From the NCBI GenBank assembly GCA_030390025.1, contig CM059432.1:27406001-27470000 (forward strand): a stretch of 64,000 nt of DNA, written 5' to 3'. Positions 10,801 to 22,402 of this stretch are shown in pieces. The notes under the pieces are model-generated. The model searched no databases and was not told the origin of the DNA. It saw only the letters and a program-made list of their open reading frames with translations. Numbering within the stretch: position 1 is the stretch's first letter; every line of letters starts with the position of its first letter. The position numbers were made by a program, and so were the translations under genes. The stretch is from Squalus acanthias (taxonomy: Eukaryota).

Positions 10801-13740
10801 TATACCGCTGCTCCCGCTCTCAGCACTCTTTGTTCCACTGCTCCCACTCTCGGCGCTCTTTATACCGCTGCTCCCGCTCTCGGCGCTCTTTGTGCCGCTG
10901 CTCCCGCTCTCGGCGCTCTTTATTCCGCTGCTCCCGCTCTCGGCGCTCTTTATACCGTTGCTCCCGCTCTCAGCGCTCTTTATTCCGCTGCTCCCGCTCT
11001 CGGCGCTCTTTATTCCGCTGCTCCCGCTCTCGGCGCTCTTTATACCGTTGCTCCCACTCTCGGCGCTCTTTGTTCCACTGCTCCCGCTCTCGGCGCTCTT
11101 TATACCGTTGCTCCCACTCTCGGCGCTCTTTGTTCCGCTGCTCCCGCTCTCGGCGCTCTTTGTTCTGCTGCTCACGCTCTCGGCGCTCTTTGTTCTGCTG
11201 CTCACGCTCTCGGCGCTCTTTGTTCTGCTGCTCACGCTCTCGCCGCTCTTTGTTCTGCTGCTCACGCTCTCGGCGCTCTTTATACCGCTGCTTCCGTTCT
11301 CGGCGCTCTTTATATCGCTGACCCGCTCTCGGCGCTCTTTATCCCGCTGCCCCCGCTCTCGGCGCTCTTTGTTCCACTGCTCCCGCTCTCGGCGCGCTTT
11401 ATTCCACTGCTCCCGCTCTCGGCGCTCTTTGTTCCGCTGCCCCCGCTCTTGGCGCTCTTTATACCGCTGCTCCCGCTCTCGGCGCTCTTTGTTCCGCTGC
11501 TCCCGCTCTCGGCGCTCTTTATACCGCTGCTCCCGCTCTCGGCGCTCTTTGTTCCGCTGCTCCCGCTCTCGGCGCTCTTTGTTCCGCTGCTCCCGCTCTC
11601 GGCGCTCTTTGTTCCGCTGCTCCCGCTCTCGGCGCTCTTTATACCGCTGCTCCCGCTCTCGGCGCTCTTTGTTCCGCTGCTCCCGCTCTCGGCGCTCTTT
11701 ATACCGCTGCTCCCGCTCTCAGTGCTCTTTGTTCTGCTGCTCACGCTCTCGGCGCTCTTTATACCGCTGCTCCCGCTCTCGGCGCTCTTTGTGCCGCTGC
11801 TCCCGCTCTTGGCGCTCTTTATAGCGCTTCTCCCGCTCTCAGCGCTCTTTGTTCCGCTGCTCCCGCTCTCGGCGCTCTTTATACCGCTGCTCCCACTCTT
11901 GGCGCTCTTTATACCGCTGCTCCCGCTCTCGGCACTCTTTGTTCTGCTGCTCCCGCTCTCGGCACTCTTTGTGCCGCTGCTCCCGCTCTCGGCTCTCTTT
12001 GTGCCGCTGCTCCTGCTCTCGGCGCTCTTTGTTCCGCTGACCCGCTCTCGGCGCTCTTTGTTCCGCTGACCCGCTCTCGGCGCTCTTTGTTCCACTGCTC
12101 CCGCTCTCGGCGCTCTTTATACCGCTGCTCCCGCTCTCGGCGCTCTTTGTTCCGCTGCTCCCGCTCTCGGTGCTCTTTGTGCCGCTGCTCCCGCTCTCGG
12201 CGCTCTTTATTCCGCTGCTCCTGGTCTCGGCGCTCTTTGTGCCGCTGCTCCCGCTCTAGGCGCTCTTTATACCGTTGCTCCCGCTCTCGGCGCTCTTTAT
12301 ACCGCTGCTCCCGCTCTCGGCGCTCTTTATACCGCTGCTCCCGCTCTCGGCGCTCTTTATACCACTGCTCCCGCTCTCGGCGCTCTTTGTTCTGCTGCTC
12401 CCGCTCTCGGCGCTCTTTGTGCCGCTGCTCCCGCTCTCGGCGCTCTTTATACCGCTGCTCCCGCTCTCGGCGCTCTTTATACCGCTGCTCCTGCTCTCGG
12501 CGCTCTTTGTTCTGCTGCTCCCGCTCTCGGCGCTCTTTGTTCTGCTGCTCCCGCTCTCGGCGCTCTTTATATCGCTGACCCGCTCTCGGCGCTCTTTATA
12601 CCACTGCTCCCGCTCTCGGCGCTCTTTATACCGCTGCTCCCGCTCTCGGCGCTCTTTATACCGCTGCCCCCCGCTGTCGGCGCTCTTTGTTCTGCTGCTC
12701 CCGCTCTCGGCGCTCTTTATACCGCTGCTCCCGCTCTCGGCGCTCTTTGTTCCGCTGCCCCCGCTCTTGGCGCTCTTTATACCGCTGCTCCCGCTCTCGG
12801 CGCTCTTTATACCGCTGCTCCCGCTCTCGGCGCTCTTTATACCGCTGCTCCGCTCTCGGCGCTCTTTATACCGCTGCTCACGCTCTCGGCGCTCTTTATA
12901 CCGTTGCTCCCACTCTCGGCGCTCTTTGTTCCGCTGCTCCCGCTCTCGGCGCTCTTTGTTCCACTGCTCCCGCTCTCGGCGCTCTTTATACCGCTGCTCC
13001 CGCTCTCGGCGCTCTTTATACCGCTGCCCCCCGCTGTCGGCGCTCTTTGTTCTGCTGCTCCCGCTCTCGGCGCTCTTTATACCACTGCTCCCGCTCTCGG
13101 CGCTCTTTGTTCTGCTGCTCCCGCTCTCGGCGCTCTTTATACCGCTGCCCCCCGCTGTCGGCGCTCTTTGTTCTGCTGCTCCCGCTCTCGGCGCTCTTTA
13201 TACCGCTGCCCCCCGCTGTCGGCGCTCTTTGTTCTGCTGCTCCTGCTCTCGGCGCTCTTTATACCGCTGCTCCCGCTCTCGGCGCTCTTTATACCGCTGC
13301 CCCCCGCTGTCGGCGCTCTTTGTTCTGCTGCTCCCGCTCTTGGCGCTCTTTATACCACTGCTCCCGCTCTCGGCGCTCTTTGTTCTGCTGCTCCCGCTCT
13401 CGGCGCTCTTTATACCGCTGCTCCTGCTCTCGGCGCTCTTTGTTCCGCTGCTCCCGCTCTCGGCGCTCTTTGTTCCACTGCTCCCGCTCTCAGCGCTCTT
13501 TATACCGCTGCTCCCGCTCTCGGCGCTCTTTATACCGCTGCTCCCGCTCTCGGCGCTCTTTGTTCCGCTGCTCCCGCTCTCGGCGCTCTTTGTTCCGCTG
13601 CTCCCGCTCTCGGCGCTCTTTGTTCCGCTGCTCCAGCTCTCGGCGCTCTTTGTTCCGCTGCTCCCGCTCTCGGCGCTCTTTGTTCCGCTGCTCCCGCTCT
13701 CGGCGCTCTTTGTTCCACTGCTCCCGCTCTCGGCGCTCTT
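4886..13740. repeat. ~8.9-kb 30-bp GC/CpG-rich minisatellite (about 295 units by length/30)
   Basis: Consensus CCGCTGCTCCCGCTCTCGGCGCTCTTT(GTT/ATA/GTG/ATT), with 29-bp (CTGACCCG) and 31-bp (CCCCCCGCTGTC) variants. Confidence 0.99.
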
Positions 13741-13850
13741 TCTCTATCCTGATTTTAATTTTCCTTAACTTCAATGGAAATTAAAATCGGCAGAGTTATA
13801 ACAGGCATCTGTTCCGATATCGGCCATTTTACACTATCAGAATTATCCCC
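13741..13850. mobile_element. Centre and right arm of the split palindromic MITE
   Basis: gattttaattttcc...ggaaattaaaatc internal hairpin and right arm ending aattatcccc; resembles the centre of the 16932-17120 element. Confidence 0.7.
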
Positions 13851-13874
13851 ATTGAGTCTATCATCCCCGGGAAT

Positions 13875-14620
13875 GACTCAAGAGCAGTACCTTAGCCGTC
13901 CAAGGCTAAGCAGAGAATCTGTGACAGAGTTTTGCTATCTCCTCTGGATACAATTAATTATCCATATAACTCTACTATTCACCATTGAAATAACCTTGGC
14001 CTCAGACTGTCAATGGGGACATCTGTGGTGTCATCCAGCTTGCAGAGCTCAGCTGCATAAAGGAGGTCACAGATGCATAATTCAACTGAACCAACAACTT
14101 CATCACTTTCATGGCTGACCAGCAGCAGCAGCGTGTTAAGGGAACACAATTCTACTAGCTCTCCCCGAGTCATTGATTCCATCGATGTTGGTATCCGGAC
14201 CCCTGTACATGGTTCTGAACCCTATATAAACCATCAGGAATTTGATTCTCTCAATATCTAGCTGGTATGCAACCACCAGCACAGAATAATGCAGGTGAAT
14301 ACCTGCTTCACTGGGAGTTTTCACACTGTCTTCATTTTAAGGCAGTCATCGGTGCCATCCTTACTTGTAGGGTAAGGAAGAGTGGAAGGCTCTGCAACCA
14401 TGGCTCATGACATTCTTGCACCAACCATGGACAGAGGCAGAGCACAGCTACAGTTACAATTACATTATACCAGAATGATTAGAGAACATAGCATCGGGAC
14501 CTTAAAGCAGCACTTCAGATGTCTGGACTTATCAGAGGACACCTTAAGAGTATAGTTTCTCCAGGGTGACATGAATATTTGTTGACTGCTATATGCTCCA
14601 TAAATTTATCCTGCAATAGA
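13875..14620 (+). pseudogene. Degenerate PIF/Harbinger (HARBI1-like) DDE transposase
   Basis: Collinear relics across frames: MTQEQYLSRPRLSRESVTEFC, GDICG..CIKEVTDA, PRVIDSID, YINHQEFDSLNI*LVCNHQHRIMQV..FTGSFH..FILRQSSVP, WLMT..P.TEAE, IGTLKQHFRCLD. Confidence 0.8.
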
Positions 14621-15149
14621 GTCCTCACTAAGGAGGACAAAGGACAGGATAACAAAGCCATTGGAGAGCAATTATCTATAAGGCCACCAATACACCAAGA
14701 AAGACTGGGCACCGATATTAATTCACAATGCATTCCAACCACAACTCCATTTCTTTACCCTGTAAATTAACCACTTCCACCGACACTCTCCTGCACAATT
14801 CCGCCAACAAAACCATTACCATCTTTTTTTGGGTAATCTGTTTTCTTCTAACCAGTAGCGGATTAATACTCAGCACAATGTTCAAACCATTTACTCTATT
14901 TAATGTGTGGCACCTGACTGTGGTTGTTGTGTTTTGGGAGGTGCTTCCCTTTCTGCTGTGGTAATTTTAGGACATCCAGCAGCTAATCTAGTACTCCTTC
15001 CAAGTCACTTCCTTGTGGAAGGAGTAAGTGCATTGACTGACGAAAGGGATTCACTGGCAAACTATTCTGGTAGACCTAGATCTCCTTGAGGTGTGTATTG
15101 TGATGGCCCTGCATCTCAGCCACCAAAGCATTCATCTGTCTTTTCTTTT

Positions 15150-16127
15150 CATCAGAAGCTTGGTCAAAGAGGTGGGTTTTATGAAGGGTTTTAAAAGGAG
15201 GAGAGGGAGATTCAGAGGTGGAAATATTAGGGAAGGAATTCCAGAGCGTGGGGCCTATGTGGCTGAAAGTATGCCTGCCAATAGTGAGATAAAGGTGTGG
15301 GGGCAATGCAAAAGAGCCAGAGTCAGAGGAATGGAGAGTTTCGGGGGTGGAAATGATGGGGTTATAGAGCTGGAGGAAATTACAGAGATAGGGAGGGGTG
15401 AGGGCATGCAGGGATTTAAATAGATGGATAAGAATTTTAAAATTGAGGCATTGGGGGATCATAAACCAATGTAGATCAGCAAGGACAGGGTGACGTGTGA
15501 TAGGATATGGCAGTAAAGTTTTAGAATAGAGAATCATACAGCACAGGAAGCCATTTGGCCCATCGTCCCTGTGCCAGCTCTTTGAAGGACCTATTCAATT
15601 AATCCCACTCCCCCTGCTCTTGCCCCATAGCCCTGAAAATTTTTCCTTTTTAAATATATCAGCTTCTCTAGTCTCTCCACATAACTGAAGTCTCTTATTT
15701 GGATGAACTGAAGTTGGAGGATGGGAGACTGGGCAGGAAAGCATCGGAATAGTTCGGTTTGGAGATGACAAAGACATGGATGACAGTTCCAGCAGCAGAT
15801 GGGCTGAGGTTGGGCTGAAGGCAGGTGATGTCACAGAGGTGGAAGTAGACGTTCTTTGTGATGGAGAGGATATGGGATCGGAAGCTCAGCTACTGGGCGA
15901 ATATGATGCTGAGATTAAAAAAACACCTGGTTCAGCTAAGATAATGGCTGGGAAAGGGGATGGAGTCGGTGATGAAGGCACAGAGATTGTGGTGGAAGCT
16001 GAAGATGATGGTTGAACATTGGACAAGTGGAAAGATCTGGTGGAACTGGATGTCGACAGCTTAAGCTGTAGATGATGTTTCCAAGGGGCAGCATGCAGAG
16101 GAAGGGGCCATGGTTAAATACAAAGGT
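15150..16127 (-). mobile_element. Old L2-type LINE RT C-terminal fragments, with a short CR1 tail inserted at ~15525-15660
   Basis: HPVLADLHWFMIPQCLNFKILIHLFKSLHALTPPYL and FKTLHKTHLF resemble the L2 ORF2 C-terminus. Confidence 0.7.
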
Positions 16128-16130
16128 AAT

Positions 16131-16853
16131 GGGCCAGAAATTCGGCTCTCCGGCTTCCTGCGGGTGCAAGCGTACTTACCTACCGCGCCTGCCGTTGTGC
16201 TTCGGGCCCACGAGGAATTTGGCTCCTGGGCCTCCTGCAGCTGCCGGCGCGCAGTGCTTGCGTGTCCCAGGGGCGCAGTTAGTTCGAAGCGTCCCCTGGG
16301 ATCACGTGGGCCATGGAGAGCCAATCGGAGCAGGGCATTTTCATTCATAGATTTGACAGGAAGACCCCAAAACCACACTTAAACTTCAAATACATTTTTT
16401 TTTTAAATCACATTTTTAAAATAACTATAAGTTACATAAATTAACTACTTTAAACAAAAATTAAAATTTTTGAAAAAATTAATTATACTTTTTAACGGTG
16501 CTAAAAATAAACTTACCTTTCTTTAAAGTATCTAAAAAAGATAAACCTGTTGAAAGAATGTTTAAATTGTAATTAATTAACCACTTACCTTGTTAAAAAC
16601 AGGCCTTGCGCCTCCTTTTTAAAAGTGCAGCTTCTCCGTACTTACCCTCAAGGAGAAACCTGAAAAAAAAAGTTCGCTGCGTGCGCGCAGCCTCTACCGC
16701 GCACGCGTTCGACCTCTGAACCCCTTCCTTCAGGGGAACGGAAGTTCCGGTTTCCAGCGCATGCGCAGTGCATGCGTGAAACCGGCACTTTCGTTAGGTC
16801 TACGGGTGAGTACACAGCGCGTACTCACCCGTGGAGGGCCGAATTTCTGGCCC
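16131..16853. mobile_element. Harbinger-like MITE, family A
   Basis: Perfect 16-bp TIR GGGCCAGAAATTCGGC, AAT TSD (16128-16130, 16854-16856). Closely similar to 37572-38333. Confidence 0.9.
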
Positions 16854-16931
16854 AATGCGGAGGTAACAGTGCGGATGTGGGAAGACTACAGAGGTAACAG
16901 TGCAGAATGGTTGGCATGCTGTGGGGTTAAT

Positions 16932-17120
16932 TGGGGGTAATTTTGACTTGGTAATTTTGATTTGATAAAACGGGTGATAGCGAATCGAAAGCCCCTTTTA
17001 CATCTCTCCCAATTTTTATTTCTATTGAAGTCAAAGGAAATAAAAATCGGGAGAGATGTAAAACGAGCTGCTGACTTCTATTACTTATTTTGCACTATCC
17101 AACAAAGTCCAGATCTACCG
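16932..17120. mobile_element. Old small palindromic MITE
   Basis: Central hairpin tttacatctctcccaatttttattt...aaataaaaatcgggagagatgtaaa; left end ggggtaattttg. Confidence 0.65.
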
Positions 17121-17527
17121 CTTTGAGTGCATGTACACGCTCCATTTCAGTGTCTTTCCCTGGTCAATTTTGCAAGTCTGTTTAGTCAAAAAAAAGGCCC
17201 TCCCAATTTCCCATCTTACTCCCTAACTTCCGAATATTGTCAGTAGCACTTGAACCCTGTACTTTCATTGAGAAACCTCAGAGAAGGACCAAGGAACCAT
17301 AGTGTAGTGAGTGCACCACCAAAGTTGACAAGACTAGGCGAGAAGATGAGAAAAATCAAGTAGCAGCTAGGTGACACCAAGCTCAGTCTCAAATTTGTTT
17401 AAAAGCTGATTCTATCAGGAGCAGGAAAATATTGAGCCAGTTCTGAAAATATGTACCTAATGGTAGACTTACAACTTGCCTTTCTCGTCCTGTTCTAAAT
17501 CCGATTTCCTGTTATCTATATTTTCAG

Positions 17528-17647
17528 GTATTGGTCCTTAGCCCAAATTTTTTTAAGTATGTTTATGACAACTGGAACGCGCATCATGGGAGATACTGCT
17601 CGACTGGGATGCTGGTCACAGTTTTTGCACTTCATGTCTGTGATGAG
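17528..17647 (+). CDS. ST3GAL1: Penultimate coding exon of a beta-galactoside alpha-2,3-sialyltransferase (ST3GAL1-like), sialylmotif S
   Basis: Acceptor ttttcag, donor GAG|gtaaat, 120 nt, phase 0: [40 protein letters not shown]. Confidence 0.88.
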
Positions 17648-17699
17648 GTAAATGTGATTTCCATTGTATTTTAATTATTAAAAAGAGAAGTAAATGTTA

Positions 17700-18012
17700 A
17701 AAGGAATCGACAGGGTGGATTCAGAGAAACTATTTTCTCTGATGGGGAATCAAGAACAAAGGGATATAATCTTAAAATTAGAGTCAGGCCATTTAGGAGT
17801 GAAATCAGGGAAGCACTTTTTCACACAAAGCGTAGTAGAAATCTAGAATTCTCTCCCCCAAAAGGTTGTGGCTGCTGTGGCAATTAGAGCTTTCAAGATG
17901 TTAATATGGAATATGGAGCTAAGGAGGGCAAATGTAGTTGAGGTACAGATCAGCCAATTGAATGACGGTCCAGGCCCAAGGGGCTAAAGGGCCTACTCCT
18001 GTTCCTATGTTC
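17700..18012 (+). mobile_element. Old CR1 3' fragment
   Basis: CR1 C-terminal and 3' UTR motifs ending ggcctactcctgttcctatgttcc. Confidence 0.75.
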
Positions 18013-18189
18013 CTAGACCAGGAATACTCATGCTCAATCTCAGGTCTATATACTCAAGTCTGCTCATCTCAGATGAGCAATTGGCCTCAGTGGCCCAAAG
18101 CAAGCAAGTTGAAAAATTAGCCAGGGCTCCCGCTCCAGTGACTTCTGCTGGAAAGGCCCTTTGAAGGTATGCGAGCGGAATTGAGTAGA

Positions 18190-20487
18190 GTGGATTAGGA
18201 AAATAGATTAAAGGGTAAGACGATACATGATCAGTGGTGTACATTTAAGGAGTTATTTTACAACTTCCAAAAAAAAATATTCCACTGAGAAGAAAAGGGT
18301 GTAAAAGAAAAGACAGTCATCCGTGGCTAAGTAAAGAAATTAAGGATAGTATTCAACTAAAAACAAGGGCTTATAAGGTAGCCAAATCTAGTGGGAGGAT
18401 AGAGGATTGGGAAAACTTTAAAAGACAGCAAAAAATAACAAAAAGATTGATTAAGAAAGGGAAGATAGATTATGAAAGTAAATTAGCAAAAAATATAAAA
18501 ACAGATAGTAAGAGTTTTTATAGTTATATAAAAAGAAAAAGGGTGGCTAAAGTAAATGTTGGTCGCTTAGAGGATGAGACCGGGAAATTAATGGTTGGAA
18601 ATATGGAGATGGCAAATACACTAAATGAATATTTTGTATCAGTCTTTACAGTAGAGGACACTAAGAATATCCCAATACTGGACAAACAGGGGGCTATAGG
18701 GGGGGAGGAGCTAAACACGATCAAAATCACTAAGGAAGTGGTACTCGGTAAAATAATGGGTTTCAAGGCGGATAAATCACCTGGACCTGATGGCTTACAT
18801 CCTAGGGTCTTGAGGGAAGTGGCGGTAGGGATTGTGGATGCATTGGTAATAATTTTCCAAAACTCCCTGGACTCAGCAAAGATCCCGGCAGACTGGAAAA
18901 CTGCTAATGTAACACCCTTATTTAAAAAGGGCAGTAGACATAAGGCTGGAAACTATAGCCTAACATCTGTGGTGGGTAAAATTTTGGAGTCCATTATTAA
19001 GGAGACAGTAACGGGACATTTGGATAATCATAATTTAATAGGACAAAGTCAGCATGGTTTTATGAAGGGGAAGTCATGTTTGACAAATTTGCTGGAGTTC
19101 TTTGAGGAAGTAACATACAGGGTGGATAAAGGGGAACCAGTGGATGTGGTGTATTTAGACTTCCAAAAGGCATTTGACAAGGTGCCACACAAAAGATTAT
19201 TGCTTAAGATAAAAAATCACGGGATTGGGGGTAATATTCTGGCATGGATAGAGGATTGGCTATCTAACAGAAGGCCGAGAGTTGGGTTAAATGGTTCATT
19301 CTCAGACTGGCAATCAGTAACTAATGTTGTTCCGCAGGGGTCAGTGCTGGGTCCGCAACTTTTTACAATCTATATTAACGATTTGGAGGAAGGGACCGAG
19401 TGTAACATATCAAAGTTTGCAGATGATACTAAGATGGGAGGGAAAGTAGTGAGTGAGGAGGACATAAAAAATCTGCAAGGGGACAAAGACAGGCTAAGTG
19501 GGCAGAGATTTGGCAGATGGAATACAATACTGGAAAGTGTGAGGTTATGCACTTTGGCAGGAAAAATAGTAGAGCAAGTTATTATCTTAATGGCAAGAAA
19601 TTGGAAAGTACTGAAGTACAAAGGGATCTGGGGGTCCTGGTGCACGAAACTCAAAAGGTTAGTATGCAGGTGCAGCAAGTGATTAAGAAGGCCAATGGAA
19701 TGTTGGCTTTCATTGCTAGGGGGATAGAATATAAAAATAGGGTGGTATTGCTTCAGTTGTACAAGGTATTGGTAAGACCGCACCTGGAATACTGCATACA
19801 GTTTTGGTGTCCATACTTAAGAAAAGACATACTTGCTCTCGAGTCAGTACAAAGAAGGTTCACTCGGTTAATCCCGGGGATGAGGGGATGGACATATGAG
19901 GAGAAGTTGGGTAGATTGGGACTCTACTCATTGGAGTTCAGAAGAATGAGAGGCGATCTTATTGAAACATATAAGATTGTGAAGGGGTTGGATCGGGTGG
20001 ATGCGTGGAGGATGTTCCCGATGATGGGTGAAACTAGAACTAGGGGGCATAGTCTTAGAATAAGGGGCTGCTCTTTCAAAACTGAGATGAGAAGGAACTA
20101 CTTCACTCAGAGGGTGGTAGGTCCATGGAATATGCTGCCCCAAAAAGCTGTAGAAGCTACATCATTACATAAATTTAAAACAGAAATAGACAGTTTCCTA
20201 AAAGTAAAGGGAATTAAGGGTTACGGGGAGCGGGCAGGAATTTGGACATGAGTCTAGGTTCGGATCGGTCATGGCCCTGTGGGTAGCGTAGCGGGCCCAG
20301 GGGCCGTGTAGCCTGATGTTGCTCCTATTTCATGTGTCCAATTCTGTTAGGTTCCGGAGATGGTTCTGTGATAGTAGATTGGCGGTTAGGATCAGATCAG
20401 CCATGATCTTATTGAATGGCGGAGCATGCTCGAGGGGCCAATTGGCCTACTCCTGCTCCTATTTCTTATGTTCTTATGTTCTTATGT
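18190..20487 (+). mobile_element. 5'-truncated CR1 LINE (RT) in the last ST3GAL intron
   Basis: 411-aa and 244-aa ORFs with [40 protein letters not shown]; (ttcttatg)n tail. Confidence 0.95.
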
Positions 20488-20962
20488 GTGGATATCAGAC
20501 TAGATCAGGAAGCTGTGTGACCCACCCCACCCCCTCTACACTCACTGTCCAGGTTCACTCATGAAGAATGGCCTCATGGGTGAGGTATCAAATTTCAGGC
20601 AAGGACTCTGGAACTGTCCCTAAGCATGAGTTAGCGCCTTCAGGGGGAGATGAGGAGCGAATTGGGACAGTAAAGCTTTCCTTCTGATAACTGATGACTC
20701 CTGCTGGAAGGTGCATGGGTGGATGTCAGGTGAGACCAAGAACAGGCCCGACTGCGAAGCCTTGTCCCCCCCAACTCTCATTGGCTGAAGAGCCTACAGA
20801 CTCTCACCAACAGGCCTCACACACAAACAATACCAATGTCCAGGAGGGTAGTCTCACCCATGCATGAGTCATTGCCAAATGGAGGAAAAAAGGGGGAGAA
20901 AACTGGGACTTTCTTCTCATGTGCAGCTTTACTCTAACTTCTGTGCTGCTTTTGCACTGCAG

Positions 20963-21136
20963 GTGAATGTTTACGGATTCGGTGCCAATGACTTAGGACA
21001 CTGGCATCATTACTGGGAGAAGAGTACTATCGGAGGAGCCTTTCGAGTGACAGGAGTTCATGATGGAGATTTTGAAGCCAATATCACTAAGACCCTTGCC
21101 AATGTTCATAAAATAAATTTCTTTAAAGGCACTTAA
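20963..21136 (+). CDS. ST3GAL1: Last coding exon of the ST3GAL1-like sialyltransferase (motif S end, motif III, motif VS, stop)
   Basis: Acceptor ttttgcactgcag; VNVYGFGANDLGHWHHYWEKSTIGGAFRVTGVHDGDFEANITKTLANVHKINFFKGT*. The C-terminus (GAFR..TLA..KI..FKG) resembles ST3GAL1 more than ST3GAL2. Confidence 0.9.
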   Translation: MNVYGFGANDLGHWHHYWEKSTIGGAFRVTGVHDGDFEANITKTLANVHKINFFKGT

Positions 21137-21772
21137 CCCTGAAGGTCTGTGACTGAGCTGCAGACAAATATTGTACATATTGTAAATGTCTTCATGTTAA
21201 TCGAGGTGATGGATGGCTGGACTAGGAAATGGAACACTACTTCGGAAACTCAGAAGAGCAGTCCCTGGTCATCTATAGTTGGGCAAATGAAAAGTTAAAC
21301 TGCTTCTACTCTCTTCCAACAATGTGCCTTAACTCCAACCTTAGAAAAACATTCCTTACTGTATCACTGTGAATTTTTTGTTCCTATTTTACACATTAGC
21401 TATCTTTTTGATCTGTCTGAGTGCGGTTCTCAATTCCGGGCTAATTAGTACCAAATTATGGGCAATTTCATACCGCAGACCCGTGTTGATCACGGACTCG
21501 GCTGAGACTAACCGAGACTCATTTCATCTCACCCCAGCTTTAGTCTGAAGAACATTTCCCCAGCTAGGGAGTGGGGTGGGGTGGAGAGAATTTGTCTGTC
21601 CTGCTAGGCGGAAGCATCAATCACAAATTTGAGCTGAATAGAGACTACAAACACAAAAGAGACTGACACAGCAAACACCCCATGGTAAAGACATGCCAAC
21701 ACATTAATAGTGAGAAGATTCTTGGAACATGAACAAATGAGTTTTCAGAGAGGAGGAACTGGACAATATATT

Positions 21773-22402
21773 GGCCCAAAAATTAGTGAGTGAGCCTTCG
21801 TGCGAGGGTAAGGCTTCCCCGCGATCTCTCACTGCGCGCTGGCTTTTTTATTCCCAGCTCGCACGAACTTGATGTTCTGGACAGCAGCTGTGCAGGGCTT
21901 TCGTATCCCACAGGCGCAGTTAATTCGTGCGAGCTGTGGGATCACGTGATTCAGTTAGAGCCAATGGCAGCACACCATCTTTCATAGCTTTCACTGTGAA
22001 AGCTATGAATACTATGCCCCCCCAAAAGAACAGCTAAACCTCAATTAAATTTTAAAAAAAACCATCACATTAATAAAATAAGTATAGTTAAATAAATTAA
22101 CCTGTTGAAAAAATTCAAAATAATACTTAATTAACTACTTACCTTGTTAACAGAGGGTCTTACGCCTCCTTTCTTTATGTGTAAAATGTTCCATGCTTAC
22201 CTGCGCGTTCAAAGCACTAAGTGCACTGCGTGCGCGCAGCCTGTAGCGTGCACGCAGTTCACCTAGGAACCGCCCCCTTTTGAAATCACCAAGTGCCGGT
22301 TTTCAGCGCATGCGCAGTGCATGCAGAAAACCGGCAATTGGAGACAGAATACGCGAGAGTACACAGTGCGTACTCTCGCGTAGCGGCACTAATTTTTGGG
22401 CC
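21773..22402. mobile_element. Harbinger-like MITE, family A2
   Basis: Perfect 16-bp TIR GGCCCAAAAATTAGTG, ATT TSD; internal architecture as in family A. Confidence 0.9.

Noticed and set aside
4886..13740. CRISPR array
   Set aside because: Units are contiguous with no unique spacers, there are no cas genes, and the context is vertebrate.
4756..13784. Long ORFs up to 783 aa ((GTKSAESGSS)n, (PLLPLSALFI)n, (RCSRSRRSLY)n)
   Set aside because: A 30-bp unit lacking stops in most frames gives ORFs on both strands; 29- and 31-bp units shift frame freely, so there is no sign of coding constraint.
13741..17527. Further upstream ST3GAL exons (sialylmotif L and the short preceding exon)
   Set aside because: None recognised; they probably lie upstream of the window, though a very short diverged exon could have been missed.
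20864..20962. N-terminal part of the 90-aa ORF as coding
   Set aside because: Intronic; homology starts after the AG acceptor at 20962 and joins the 17528-17647 exon in phase.
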